Below the pieces are notes generated by a model. It saw nothing but the letters and a program-made list of their open reading frames with translations, was not told where the DNA came from and did no database searches. Shown in pieces: positions 9,318-18,618 of a stretch of 64,000 nucleotides of DNA. Made by a program: the position numbers and the translations under genes. The DNA is from Candidatus Liptonbacteria bacterium. Its GTDB lineage: Bacteria > Patescibacteriota > Minisyncoccia > UBA6257 > 2-01-FULL-56-20. Location of the stretch: NCBI GenBank assembly GCA_016182105.1, contig JACOXZ010000011.1, positions 1,218 through 65,217 on the forward strand, written 5' to 3'. Within the stretch, counting starts at the first letter, position 1, and each line of letters starts with the position of its first letter.

Positions 9318-10191
9318 GACGACACAGTCGATCACGTCCGTCACAGACGGTCAGAAAAAGCAGTACCTGCGGTTCGTCGAGGACGCCGCCGACAAGGCGC
9401 TCGTGGAGGCCGTTCTCGACAAGGACGGTCTCCAGCGAGTCATCGAGAACGGGGACGACCTGCAGGCGGCCATCGTGGCCAAGCTCAAGGAGCTCTCGGT
9501 CACGAACGAGTACGCTGACGAGGAGGTCGGATCGAACTACGGTTACCTCTCGGGTTATAAGCCCAAGGGTATCGCCGAGCAGATCAAGACCCTCCGCAAG
9601 CTGTTCCCGTCGATCGGTACCGCTGACGAGCAGATCGCCAGCAAGCCGCTTCCCGCCAGTGCCGAGGGATGGTTCGCCATTCCGAGGTACGAGCTGGTCG
9701 CGGCGAGCTACAACGACGCGGTTCTCGCGGTGCTCGAGCTGACCAAGAAGGATCGCAATGGCAAGTTCTACAACTGGTGCGAGGGCCACCTCGGCCCGCA
9801 GTACCTGCACCAGACGGAGCGAGCCGTGCGTTCTCTGAAGAAGATCGGCGAAGAGCAGAAGGGTCACGACATCTTGGTCGTTGCGGCGCAGTTTGGTCTC
9901 CGTCACCGGGGCCGTTCCGTCCGTCGGGCTCGCTCCACTATGAACTCCTCGGAGTTCGGACTCGGCGCGTTCGCGGTCGGGGTCATACTGCTGACCCATC
10001 CCGAGCGTCTGAAGCACTACGATGACCTCTGGATCGACTGCGCAGGAGATGAGTACTCTCCTGACGCCGATGGCCGGTTCGACGAGGCCCCGCTCTTCGA
10101 CTTCGACGACGGCGAGGTGGAGTTCTTCACCCACTGGGTGGGCAATGCCCGCGAGTTCTATGGCTCTGCGTCGGGCTTTCTCCCGCAGTAG
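9318..10191 (+). CDS. GC-rich orphan acidic protein (291 aa), no recognisable family
   Basis: SD aaGGAGaacgacg precedes the ATG. Local GC is about 62% against about 46% in flanking sequence. A hairpin terminator follows. The antisense ORF 9238-10278 is judged to be a GC artefact. Confidence 0.55.
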
Positions 10192-10263
10192 TCGCTCCTC
10201 GAAACCTCGAACGCTTGGGTCTTTCGATCGTTTATCGCTTGATCCCTTGCGTTCGCTACAACT

Positions 10264-10312
10264 GGGGGTTATCCACACGGCACACGTGGATAACCCCTTT
10301 TTCTTTTTTTAA
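10264..10312 (+). terminator. rho-independent terminator
   Basis: Hairpin gggggttatccacacg-gcac-acgtggataacccc followed by a T-run. Confidence 0.75.
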
Positions 10313-10348
10313 TTTTTGATTTTAAGAATTTTCATATACAGCAAATAC

Positions 10349-10462
10349 AATTTCCGCGCGGCTATGAGTCCGAGCGGGCATGGTCTCCGACCGCGATCGG
10401 AGGAGCGCAGGACTCATCGCCAGCGAAGCCGCACGCTGGGCGGCTGAGCGGTAGCGGAAATT
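10349..10462. repeat. GC-rich long hairpin element, copy A (closing inverted repeat aatttccgc/gcggaaatt)
   Basis: Nested inverted repeats. Both ends are homologous to the element at 11882-12150. Confidence 0.6.
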
Positions 10463-10514
10463 ATATTTGCTATATTTAAGCAGATTTCGCATAATTTTAA
10501 ATATCTTTTATGAA

Positions 10515-10629
10515 TCCCGTTAGAAGCCGCGATCGCGTTGCAAATAAATTAAATATCAACCAAATGCGTAATCGTTACAATAAAATAAACCTGCAGACTT
10601 GCGCAAATCGCGATCTGCTTCTAACGGGA
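10515..10629. repeat. family-1 miniature TIR element, copy E2
   Basis: Same 22-nt TIRs as E1. The element ends at ATG 10629. Confidence 0.8.
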
Positions 10630-11870
10630 TGAAATTTCTTTTGATTTTAGGGTCGATTTTAGTGGCGGGCGCGGGCCTCTTTTTTATATTCGGAACTTCC
10701 AAAAATTTAATCATCGAACCCAAGGAAAATCCGCAAGGTGATCTTAACCTGACGCTTCTCCGTGTTCCGGAGCCGCCGCTTCCGACCTCAACCCCGCCTT
10801 CACCGCCCACGGCCGTCGATATCACAAACCAGCCGCCGCTTCAAGACCCGCCCCGGGTAGTCAAGGGAATATATGCAACGAGCTGGTCAGCTGGGTCAGA
10901 AAATAAAATTAAATATTTACTTGACCTTATAGATAAAACCGAACTTAACGCTATCGTCATTGATATAAAAGATTATTCCGGCTACGTGGCCTACAGAACC
11001 GGCATTCCCGAAGTTAGAGCCGCAGGCGCCGAAGACCAGATTCGCATCGCAAAACCAAACGCCCTGCTCAAACGTCTTCACGACAAAAATATCTATGTGA
11101 TCGGCAGGATCTCGGTTTTCCAGGACCCGATCTTAGCCAAAGCCCATCCCGAGTGGGCACTCGTTTCTTCAAGCACTGGCAAGCTCTGGGAAGATCGGAA
11201 AGGGCTCCTCTGGATGGATCCGGCCGCAGAACCAGTCTGGGATTATAATTTGAAGATTGCTAGAGACGCCTTGACGCGGGGTTTTGACGAGATTAACTTC
11301 GACTATATTCGTTTTGCTTCTGACGGCGACCTTAAAAATATTAAATATCCGGTTTGGGACGAGAAATCTTTAAAAAGCACAGTGATTAAGAACTTCTTTT
11401 CCTATTTGCGGAAAAATCTTCCCCAAGCCAAGATCTCCGCTGATCTTTTTGGTCTTGCGACCGTGAATCAAGAGGGCTTAGGCATCGGTCAGATTATAGA
11501 AGATGCTTACGAGTATTTTGATTATGTTTCGCCTATGGTTTATCCTTCACATTATGCTCCGGGATTCAATAACTACAAAAATCCCGCCGAGCACCCTTAT
11601 GAAGTGATTCGTTATTCACTTGATGAGGCTCTTAGACGTTTAGAAAACTATTCAAGCTCCACAAATCTTGAGGTTGGTTTAAAATCCAAACTGCGGCCGT
11701 GGCTCCAGGATTTTAACCTCGGCGCGACTTATGGCCCGGAAATGGTGAGGCGTGAGATTCAAGCCGTGGAAGATTCTTTGAATAGCGCCTCGAGTTCCAA
11801 CGCTTTCGCCGGCTGGCTTCTTTGGGATCCAGCGAATGTCTATACGGCAGCGGCCCTTCAAAACCAATGA
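10629..11870 (+). CDS. exported TIM-barrel glycoside-hydrolase-like protein (GHL/DUF4015-type)
   Basis: Signal/TM MKFLLILGSILVAGAGLFFIF, and a GHL-like core VKGIYATSW...NAIVIDIKD...WMDPA...FDEINFDYIRF. The ORF-track start at 10599 lies inside the repeat. Confidence 0.55.
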   Translation: MKFLLILGSILVAGAGLFFIFGTSKNLIIEPKENPQGDLNLTLLRVPEPPLPTSTPPSPPTAVDITNQPPLQDPPRVVKGIYATSWSAGSENKIKYLLDLIDKTELNAIVIDIKDYSGYVAYRTGIPEVRAAGAEDQIRIAKPNALLKRLHDKNIYVIGRISVFQDPILAKAHPEWALVSSSTGKLWEDRKGLLWMDPAAEPVWDYNLKIARDALTRGFDEINFDYIRFASDGDLKNIKYPVWDEKSLKSTVIKNFFSYLRKNLPQAKISADLFGLATVNQEGLGIGQIIEDAYEYFDYVSPMVYPSHYAPGFNNYKNPAEHPYEVIRYSLDEALRRLENYSSSTNLEVGLKSKLRPWLQDFNLGATYGPEMVRREIQAVEDSLNSASSSNAFAGWLLWDPANVYTAAALQNQ

Positions 11871-11881
11871 TAATGATAAAG

Positions 11882-12150
11882 AAAGCAAAGCAATTCTTTT
11901 TTTCCGCGGCTATTCGGCCGAAGCGGGCATGGCGCCCTGACTTTTGGCTTTCGGGAACCGGCGTCGCCTCTGCTCCAGCGGCAGAGTCGCGCCTGCATCT
12001 CGGCACTAAAATCCGCCTAAGGCGGAACCAAGCTTTTAGTGCCTCCGATAGCTTCCCGCAAACCAAAAGTCAGGGCGAGCGAGGCCGAATCGCCAACGAA
12101 AGTCCACGCTGGGGACTTGAGTGGTAGGAAAAAGGGAATTGCTTTGCTTT
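11882..12150. repeat. GC-rich long hairpin element, copy C (269 bp; perfect 15-bp terminal inverted repeats aaagcaaagcaattc / gaattgctttgcttt)
   Basis: Nested inverted repeats (ccctgacttttgg/ccaaaagtcaggg and ggcactaaaa/ttttagtgcc). The 5' and 3' ends align with copy A. Confidence 0.65.
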
Positions 12151-12876
12151 ATGACCTATGAATTGAGTTTAGAAAAATATAGGGGGCCGCTTGATAAACT
12201 CCTCGAGCTTATTGAGGAGAGAAAGCTTGAAATTACCGAGATCAGCCTAGCCGAGGTAACTCAAGATTTTTTGAAGTATTTGAAGACTTTGAAGAGAGTT
12301 GAGGCTGCAATTTTAGCTGAATTTATCGCTGTTGCGAGCCGCCTGATCCTTATTAAATCCAGAACCCTTCTTCCTAATCTGGTGTTGACAGAAGAAGAGG
12401 AAAACGAAATAAAGGATCTCGAGGCTCGGCTTAGAATTTATAAGGAGTTAAAGCCGGCCATGAAAATCCTTGTCTTGATTTGGCAGAAGAAGAACGTCGC
12501 CTTTGGGAGACCCTATTTTTTGAGCTTGGGAAGCGGGGGCCTGGGAGCTACGAGCGAGTTTTTTTATCCCGGCAAGGAATTAAATTTAGCCGCCCTTTCC
12601 GTGAGTCTCCAAAAGATCTTTGAGACCTTGAAGAACCTAGAGTTTGAGACAGAAACCATCAAAGAGAAAATCGTTTCTGTGGAGGAAAAGATTAAAGAGC
12701 TCATAAGCCGCCTAGTTCGCGAGGTGGAGATCAGTTTCAAAAATTTATCTTCTTCCAAATCAGCAAAGGAGATCATTGCCGTCTTCTTGGCCATTCTTCA
12801 TTTGGCCAACGAGCGGCTGATCTCATTGGAGCAAGAAACCCATTTTTCTGATATACTGATAAAAAAAATAGGATGA
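12151..12876 (+). CDS. scpA: segregation and condensation protein A
   Basis: MTYELSLEKYRGPLDKLLELIEERKLEITEISLAEVT matches the ScpA N-terminus. Confidence 0.75.
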   Translation: MTYELSLEKYRGPLDKLLELIEERKLEITEISLAEVTQDFLKYLKTLKRVEAAILAEFIAVASRLILIKSRTLLPNLVLTEEEENEIKDLEARLRIYKELKPAMKILVLIWQKKNVAFGRPYFLSLGSGGLGATSEFFYPGKELNLAALSVSLQKIFETLKNLEFETETIKEKIVSVEEKIKELISRLVREVEISFKNLSSSKSAKEIIAVFLAILHLANERLISLEQETHFSDILIKKIG

Positions 12877-12972
12877 TGCAAATCTACAAAATCTATGCCA
12901 AGTATGCGAATTGCGAATCCGGAGTTTATTAGCAATTTGTAGATTGGCATTATATTTGCAAATTGGCATAAC

Positions 12973-13593
12973 ATGGAAAATGTAGAAGAAAATTTAGCGA
13001 GTTTGGAAGCCCTTCTTTTTATTCAAGGCGAACCGATTGCAAAAAAAAGAATTGGAAAGATTTTGAATCTTCCGCTTGAAGATCTCGAGAAAGTCTTAGG
13101 CGAACTAGAGAAGCGTCTTCACGAGGAGAGCCGCGGACTCTCTTTGGTACTGGACGCGGAAAAAGTCCAGCTTGTTACCAAGTCCAAATTCAGAAATCTT
13201 TTGGAGAGTTTTGCCAAAGAGGAGCTTAGCGAAGAGCTTACGCCGGCTAGCGTTGAAGCTCTCTCAATTATTTCTTATTTAGGACCGATCTCAAGAAGCC
13301 AGCTCGATTTTATTCGAGGTGTGAATTCTACCTTTATTCTAAGAAATCTTTTAATTAGGGGGCTCGTCGAGCGCACACCCCACCCTAAAAGTCCGAATAC
13401 CTATCTCTACAGCCCTAGTTTTCAGCTTCTGCGGCACTTGGGGTTAAAAAATAAAGAAGAACTCCCGGAATACGCAAAGTACCAGGAGCTTTTGAAGAAT
13501 TTCACCCCGTTACACCCAGAAAGCATGGGCTATAAAGATAAGTCGGGTCACGCAGGGGAGGGTGTAACGGGGTTTGGTAGCGATGGTGAGTAA
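12973..13593 (+). CDS. scpB: segregation and condensation protein B
   Basis: LEALLFIQGEPI plus winged-helix repeats. It follows scpA. Confidence 0.7.
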   Translation: MENVEENLASLEALLFIQGEPIAKKRIGKILNLPLEDLEKVLGELEKRLHEESRGLSLVLDAEKVQLVTKSKFRNLLESFAKEELSEELTPASVEALSIISYLGPISRSQLDFIRGVNSTFILRNLLIRGLVERTPHPKSPNTYLYSPSFQLLRHLGLKNKEELPEYAKYQELLKNFTPLHPESMGYKDKSGHAGEGVTGFGSDGE

Positions 13594-14542
13594 CCTTGAA
13601 AAATTCGTCTTTTTGGGCGTGATGATTTTGGTGACCCTTTTTGGAAGTCGTCATTCGCCAGTGATAAATACACCCCCTGCTTCTATCCTTAGTTATCAAG
13701 AAGGGCCTCAAGTTGCCGAAGTTCCGAGAACCTTAGGCGAGGGGTCCTCTATCTCCGATCTTCCGCGGGTCAAAAACCCGCCGTTTTATCGCGTCGCAGT
13801 GAGCCAGCCGTCAAAGATTCTCTCTGACGCCGCGCTTCTTTCTGACCTTAAAAGCGGAGAAATTTATTTCGACCTTAATTCATTGAAGCGCTGGCCGATT
13901 GCTTCGCTTACTAAACTTATGACCGCGGCAGTGAGTTCTGAAAATCTGAATCCCCAAGCAGTGATTACTTTGACCGGAGCCGATTTTGCAATATCTCCAA
14001 ACCATGGGAATCTTCTGAAAGTCGGCGACCGCTACACCGTCCAAGACCTTATGAAAATAATGATTATTTCTTCCTCGAACGAGGCAGCCGAAGCTTTGGC
14101 TGGATTTTATGGTCGGGTTAATTTCGTTTCTCAAATGAATAGTGAGGCGAGGAAGTGGGGCATGACCCAGACCTATTTCAATGATCCGACCGGACTTTCG
14201 GTTTCAAACCAGTCAACTATCCGCGATATCCAAAAGTTAGTCGAGCGGATTTACGAGAATTTTCCGGATATTTTTCCCCTGACTCGGAATCGAACTATTC
14301 CTGTTAAGGAACTCAACTCTGGAAATTATAGGCTCACTTCAAGCACCAATAACTTTTCCGGCCGGCCGGATTTCTTAGGAGGCAAAACCGGCTATACTGA
14401 CGAGGCTAACGGTAATCTTGTTTCGCTTTTTTCTTACGCTAGCCGGCCGATTTTAGTCGTAGTCCTCGGCTCTCCTGACCGCTTCCTCGAGACCGAAAAA
14501 TTAATCAATTGGTTTAAAAATGATTTTACTCCAAGTCAGTAG
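13574..14542 (+). CDS. D-alanyl-D-alanine carboxypeptidase (serine peptidase S11, PBP5-like)
   Basis: The SxxK (ASLTK), SxN (SSSNE) and KTG (KTGYT) motifs are all present. N-terminal membrane anchor. Confidence 0.7.
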   Translation: MVAMVSNLEKFVFLGVMILVTLFGSRHSPVINTPPASILSYQEGPQVAEVPRTLGEGSSISDLPRVKNPPFYRVAVSQPSKILSDAALLSDLKSGEIYFDLNSLKRWPIASLTKLMTAAVSSENLNPQAVITLTGADFAISPNHGNLLKVGDRYTVQDLMKIMIISSSNEAAEALAGFYGRVNFVSQMNSEARKWGMTQTYFNDPTGLSVSNQSTIRDIQKLVERIYENFPDIFPLTRNRTIPVKELNSGNYRLTSSTNNFSGRPDFLGGKTGYTDEANGNLVSLFSYASRPILVVVLGSPDRFLETEKLINWFKNDFTPSQ

Positions 14543-15566
14543 GGTTCTTCTTTTAACAATGATCGGTTTTCTCATGGCCTTGGCAGTGACCCCGATTTGG
14601 TATCGGTTTTTACAGAAATACAGGCTATCCAAACAAATCCGCACTGCGAAAGTTGCCCCGGTTTACAATCAATTTCACGAGAAAAAAACCGGCACGCCCA
14701 CAGCCGGAGGAGTCATTATCTGGGGGACGGTGGTTGGCATCGCCGCGGTCTTCGGGATTTTGGGCTTCGCTTTTAACGGGTTTTGGAAGTATTTGAACTT
14801 TTTGAGCCGAGCCGAGACCTACCTCCCACTGGCTGCCATTTTAATTGCCGGGATTCTAGGGTTTTTGGATGATTGGCTGGGGATTTTGAAGATCGGCGGC
14901 GGAAACGGCGGCGGGCTCAAGGTTCGCTATAAACTCCTGGTCTATCTCTTGATTGCCATAATTGGCGCTTGGTGGTTTTACTTTAAGCTTGATTGGACGG
15001 TTTTGAATATCCCTTTCTACGGCTCGGTTGAGGTCGGCTTTTGGTATATTCCGATTTTTATGTTCATCATTATTGCGAGCGCTTTCTCGGCTAATGAAAC
15101 CGACGGCTTGGACGGGCTTTTAGGAGGAGTGGCTCTTTTTGCTTTCGTGGCATTGACCACGGTGGCATTTGTTTTAGGGAGGTATGACTTAGCGGCCTTT
15201 GGAGGGGTCGTGATAGGAGCGCTTTTGGCGTTCTTATGGTTCAATATCTATCCTGCCAAATTCTTTATGGGCGACACTGGCTCAATGGCTTTGGGAATTA
15301 CTTTGGGCGTGATCGTGATGCTCACAAATACAACCCTACTTCTCCCGTTTTTCGCGATTATCTTAGTCCTTGAATCTTTGTCGGTCTTGATTCAGCTTCT
15401 AAGCAAAAAATTGGCAGGTAAGAAGGTCTTCTTATCCACGCCGATTCACCACCATTTTGAGGCCCTGGGCTGGCACGAGTCGCAGGTTACGATGCGCTTC
15501 TGGATTATCTCCGCGGTCTCCGCGGCCTTTGGACTCGTCGTCTTTTTCCTCACGAGGTTTTTGTAA
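14520..15566 (+). CDS. mraY: phospho-N-acetylmuramoyl-pentapeptide transferase
   Basis: NETDGLDGL and NIYPAKFFMGDTGSMALG motifs. Polytopic membrane protein. Confidence 0.85.
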   Translation: MILLQVSRVLLLTMIGFLMALAVTPIWYRFLQKYRLSKQIRTAKVAPVYNQFHEKKTGTPTAGGVIIWGTVVGIAAVFGILGFAFNGFWKYLNFLSRAETYLPLAAILIAGILGFLDDWLGILKIGGGNGGGLKVRYKLLVYLLIAIIGAWWFYFKLDWTVLNIPFYGSVEVGFWYIPIFMFIIIASAFSANETDGLDGLLGGVALFAFVALTTVAFVLGRYDLAAFGGVVIGALLAFLWFNIYPAKFFMGDTGSMALGITLGVIVMLTNTTLLLPFFAIILVLESLSVLIQLLSKKLAGKKVFLSTPIHHHFEALGWHESQVTMRFWIISAVSAAFGLVVFFLTRFL

Positions 15567-15605
15567 GCATTTAAAATTCTATGAGTTTTTCGTTAAGCTT
15601 ACGTT

Positions 15606-16886
15606 TTGCTAGACTTTGGTTTTCTTGGTATTCTCTGGTTAATGCTTCAATCTAGACTTTTTACTAAGGTCGCCCGTAACTTCCCAAAAGATGAAGAGGC
15701 GATAAACGCCAAGCTTCTTACGCGGGCGGGGTTTGTGGAGAAAGTTTCGGCGGGTGTATATTCGTTTTTGCCGCTCGGACTTCGCGTGATGCGTAAGATT
15801 GAAACAATTATTCGCGAGGAGATGAACGCGCTAGGTGGAATGGAGATCTTGATGCCCGCGTTGCATCCTAAAGAAAACTGGGAGACGACTGGCCGCTGGA
15901 AGACTTTTGACGTGCTCTATAAAATCAAATCGCGGGAAGGCAAAGAATTTGCCTTGGGTCCGACACACGAAGAAATCGTGGTGCCGCTAGTGGCGAAATT
16001 CGTGAATTCCTACAAAGATTTACCTGTTTATCTTTACCAAATACAGGACAAATTCCGAGATGAACTGCGCGCGAAATCAGGCCTTCTCCGAGGTCGGGAA
16101 TTCTTGATGAAGGACTTATACAGTTTTCATACCTCCGAAGGCGATTTAGACTCTTTTTATGAAAAAATGAAAAAAGTTTATACGAAATTATTTTCCCGAG
16201 CCGGACTAAAAACTAGAATAGTGAAGTCATCCGGCGGCACTTTTTCCAAATATTCTCATGAATTCCAGGTATTGACCCCAGTCGGCGAGGATGCGGTTTT
16301 CTACTGCGAAAAGTGCGATTTTGCCGAAAACAAAGAGATTGCAGAGGTAAAAGAAGGGGACAAATGCCCAAATTGTGCGGGGAAAATAAGGGTAAGCCAG
16401 GGAATTGAGGTCGGCAATATCTTCAAATTAGGCACCAAGTTTTCCAAGGATTTTGAGCTTCTCTATAAAGACGAGAAAGGCAAGGAGAATCATATCTCAA
16501 TCGGCTGTTACGGCATAGGCCTTAGCCGGCTTATGGGCGCCATAGTAGAGATTTTTCATGATGAGCAGGGCATAATTTGGCCGGAGACAGTCGCCCCTTT
16601 TGCTGCGCATCTTATAGAGCTTGGGGAAGGCAAATCCAAAAAGCTCTACCACGATTTACAAAAAGCCGGAATAGATGTACTTTATGACGACAGGAATATA
16701 TCACATGGCGAGAAACTGACAGAAGCGGATCTGATTGGCATACCCCTACGTCTGGTTCAGAGCGAAAAAACCGGCGCGAAGATTGAGGTCAAGCGCCGCG
16801 ACGAGAAAGATTCAAAACTGATGACAGTGTCACAAGTTATAAAATTACTACAACCTACAACCTACAACCTACAAACTATAACCTAA
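15606..16886 (+). CDS. proS: proline--tRNA ligase (short archaeal/eukaryal-type class II)
   Basis: Class II aaRS motifs and a C-terminal zinc CxxC...CxxC. The C-terminus is encoded by an acctacaa word repeat. Confidence 0.75.
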   Translation: MLDFGFLGILWLMLQSRLFTKVARNFPKDEEAINAKLLTRAGFVEKVSAGVYSFLPLGLRVMRKIETIIREEMNALGGMEILMPALHPKENWETTGRWKTFDVLYKIKSREGKEFALGPTHEEIVVPLVAKFVNSYKDLPVYLYQIQDKFRDELRAKSGLLRGREFLMKDLYSFHTSEGDLDSFYEKMKKVYTKLFSRAGLKTRIVKSSGGTFSKYSHEFQVLTPVGEDAVFYCEKCDFAENKEIAEVKEGDKCPNCAGKIRVSQGIEVGNIFKLGTKFSKDFELLYKDEKGKENHISIGCYGIGLSRLMGAIVEIFHDEQGIIWPETVAPFAAHLIELGEGKSKKLYHDLQKAGIDVLYDDRNISHGEKLTEADLIGIPLRLVQSEKTGAKIEVKRRDEKDSKLMTVSQVIKLLQPTTYNLQTIT

Positions 16887-16888
16887 TC

Positions 16889-17932
16889 ATGTCCCTCTTT
16901 GATAATTTTTTTAGAGACATCGGCATTGACCTTGGCACGGCTAATTCGCTCATATATCTCAAAAATCACGGCATTGTCGTGAATGAGCCTTCGGTTGCAG
17001 CCGTGAATACCAAAACCAGTCAGATTTTGTCGGTCGGCGAGGAGGCCAAGAAAATGTTTGGCCGCACGCCGGCTCACATAAACGTGATCCGGCCACTTGT
17101 GGCTGGCGTGATCTCGGATTTCGAGATGACCCAGGAATTGCTCCGCCAGTTTTTAAAAAGAGTGAGCCGTGGAACTTTTGCGAGCTTCAGGCGCGGGGTG
17201 CTTGCGATTCCGAATAGCTTGACCGAAGTCGAACGAAAGTCAGTCGAAGACGTGGCCTTGAATGCCGGCTGCAGCAAAGCCTACCTTGTGGAGTCACCGG
17301 TTGTGGCGGCCTTGGGAGCTGGGTTGCCAATCAACCTTCCGGTCGCGAGCCTCATTGTTGATGTTGGCGGCGGAACCACTGATATTGCGGTCATATCCCT
17401 GGGCGGGGCAGTAGCTTCTAAGACCCTGAAAATTGCCGGCGACCGGATGAATGACGATATTGTACGTTTCGTAAAAGATGAATTTCGGCTGGTAATCGGC
17501 GAGCCCACAGCCGAGCTTGCGAAGATAACGGCGGGCTCGGCAGCGCCGATTGATGAGCGGCTCGAGGTGACTTTACGCGGCCGGGATGCGGGAACCGGCC
17601 TACCCCGCGAGGTGGCGATCAAAAGCAATCAGGTTCGAACCGCCATCTCCAAATCCCTGCGCTCGATTATTGATTCCGTAAAAGAAGTGATTGAAGTCGC
17701 GCCGCCTGAACTTGTGGGCGATATGTTAAAGCAGGGGATTTATCTCTGCGGCGGCGGCGCGCTCCTCCGAGGTTTTGACGAACTTATTGAAAAAGAGACA
17801 TCGGTCATGACAACCATCGCGGAGGACCCCCTCACATGCGTCGCTCGCGGCTTGGGCCAGATTATCGATAATTTTGAACTTCACCGAACTTTACTCGACA
17901 ACCCTTTGAAGCCGCCGACAATTAATCTATAA
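16889..17932 (+). CDS. mreB: rod-shape determining protein MreB
   Basis: Actin-fold motifs IGIDLGTANS and DVGGGTTD. Confidence 0.85.
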   Translation: MSLFDNFFRDIGIDLGTANSLIYLKNHGIVVNEPSVAAVNTKTSQILSVGEEAKKMFGRTPAHINVIRPLVAGVISDFEMTQELLRQFLKRVSRGTFASFRRGVLAIPNSLTEVERKSVEDVALNAGCSKAYLVESPVVAALGAGLPINLPVASLIVDVGGGTTDIAVISLGGAVASKTLKIAGDRMNDDIVRFVKDEFRLVIGEPTAELAKITAGSAAPIDERLEVTLRGRDAGTGLPREVAIKSNQVRTAISKSLRSIIDSVKEVIEVAPPELVGDMLKQGIYLCGGGALLRGFDELIEKETSVMTTIAEDPLTCVARGLGQIIDNFELHRTLLDNPLKPPTINL

Positions 17933-17934
17933 AA

Positions 17935-18618
17935 ATGGGCCGCGAACGCTGGCTTTTGGGAATTTTGACTTTGCTTCTTGCGGCACTGATTTTTCTGCCG
18001 CTGCCTTCACTTCTCGAGTTTAAGAAATTTTTAGGCTCTGGAGGCGAAGAGGTTATAAATAATCCGATTTTAGAGAACGTCGCTTTGAAATCGGAACTCG
18101 CGAAGCTCGAGGAAATTAAAAGACAGCTTGGAGAATGGTCGCCAAAATACCTAAGCGCCTCGGTTTATTCCCGTTATCCCTTTAATCTCAAAAATGAATT
18201 TTTGGTGAATGCGGGCCTAGACCAGGGTCTTAAAGGGGGGGAGGCGGTTCTCATTGGGAAATTGCTAGTCGGTCAAGTGGATAAAGTTTTTGAAAATACA
18301 GCACTCGTGAGGACTGTTTTTGACGAACGATGGAAAGAGGCTGTGAGGATCGGAGGGGAAGGGATAGACGCGCTTCTCGAAGGCGGTAATACCCCAAAGG
18401 CGACTTTGATCGTGAAGGATGCCAAAATCTCCGAAGGCGATATCGTCTATAACGCAAGCCCGGAATTTCCTTATTCTCTGCCGATTGCCGAAGTAAAAGA
18501 AATAGGGATTTCCAAGGACCAGATTTTTAAAGAAGCGGTTTTGGAGTTTGGATATGACTTGGGCAGGATTAGCGCCGTTTTAATCTTAAAAAACTATGCC
18601 CCGCCGCCTCAAGAGTAA
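17935..18618 (+). CDS. mreC: MreC-like protein
   Basis: Position immediately after mreB, an N-terminal TM and a coiled coil. Weak direct similarity. Confidence 0.5.
   Translation: MGRERWLLGILTLLLAALIFLPLPSLLEFKKFLGSGGEEVINNPILENVALKSELAKLEEIKRQLGEWSPKYLSASVYSRYPFNLKNEFLVNAGLDQGLKGGEAVLIGKLLVGQVDKVFENTALVRTVFDERWKEAVRIGGEGIDALLEGGNTPKATLIVKDAKISEGDIVYNASPEFPYSLPIAEVKEIGISKDQIFKEAVLEFGYDLGRISAVLILKNYAPPPQE

Noticed and set aside
9238-10278. 346-aa minus-strand ORF (and + ORFs 9669-10025 and 10022-10312) across the GC-rich island
   Set aside because: Its Arg-rich composition is typical of antisense ORFs in GC-rich DNA. It would start at a GTG inside the terminator hairpin. The + strand ORF has an SD, a promoter and a terminator.
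10349-10462. Retron msr/msd (a1/a2-like 9-bp inverted repeats around a structured GC-rich RNA)
   Set aside because: No reverse transcriptase gene is adjacent and no conserved branching-G context was recognised. It is kept as a generic structured element.
11882-12150. SRP RNA or 6S RNA
   Set aside because: The apical loop is not the SRP GNRA/AGCAG helix-8 motif. The element has a paralogue (copy A), which argues for a repeat family rather than a unique housekeeping RNA.
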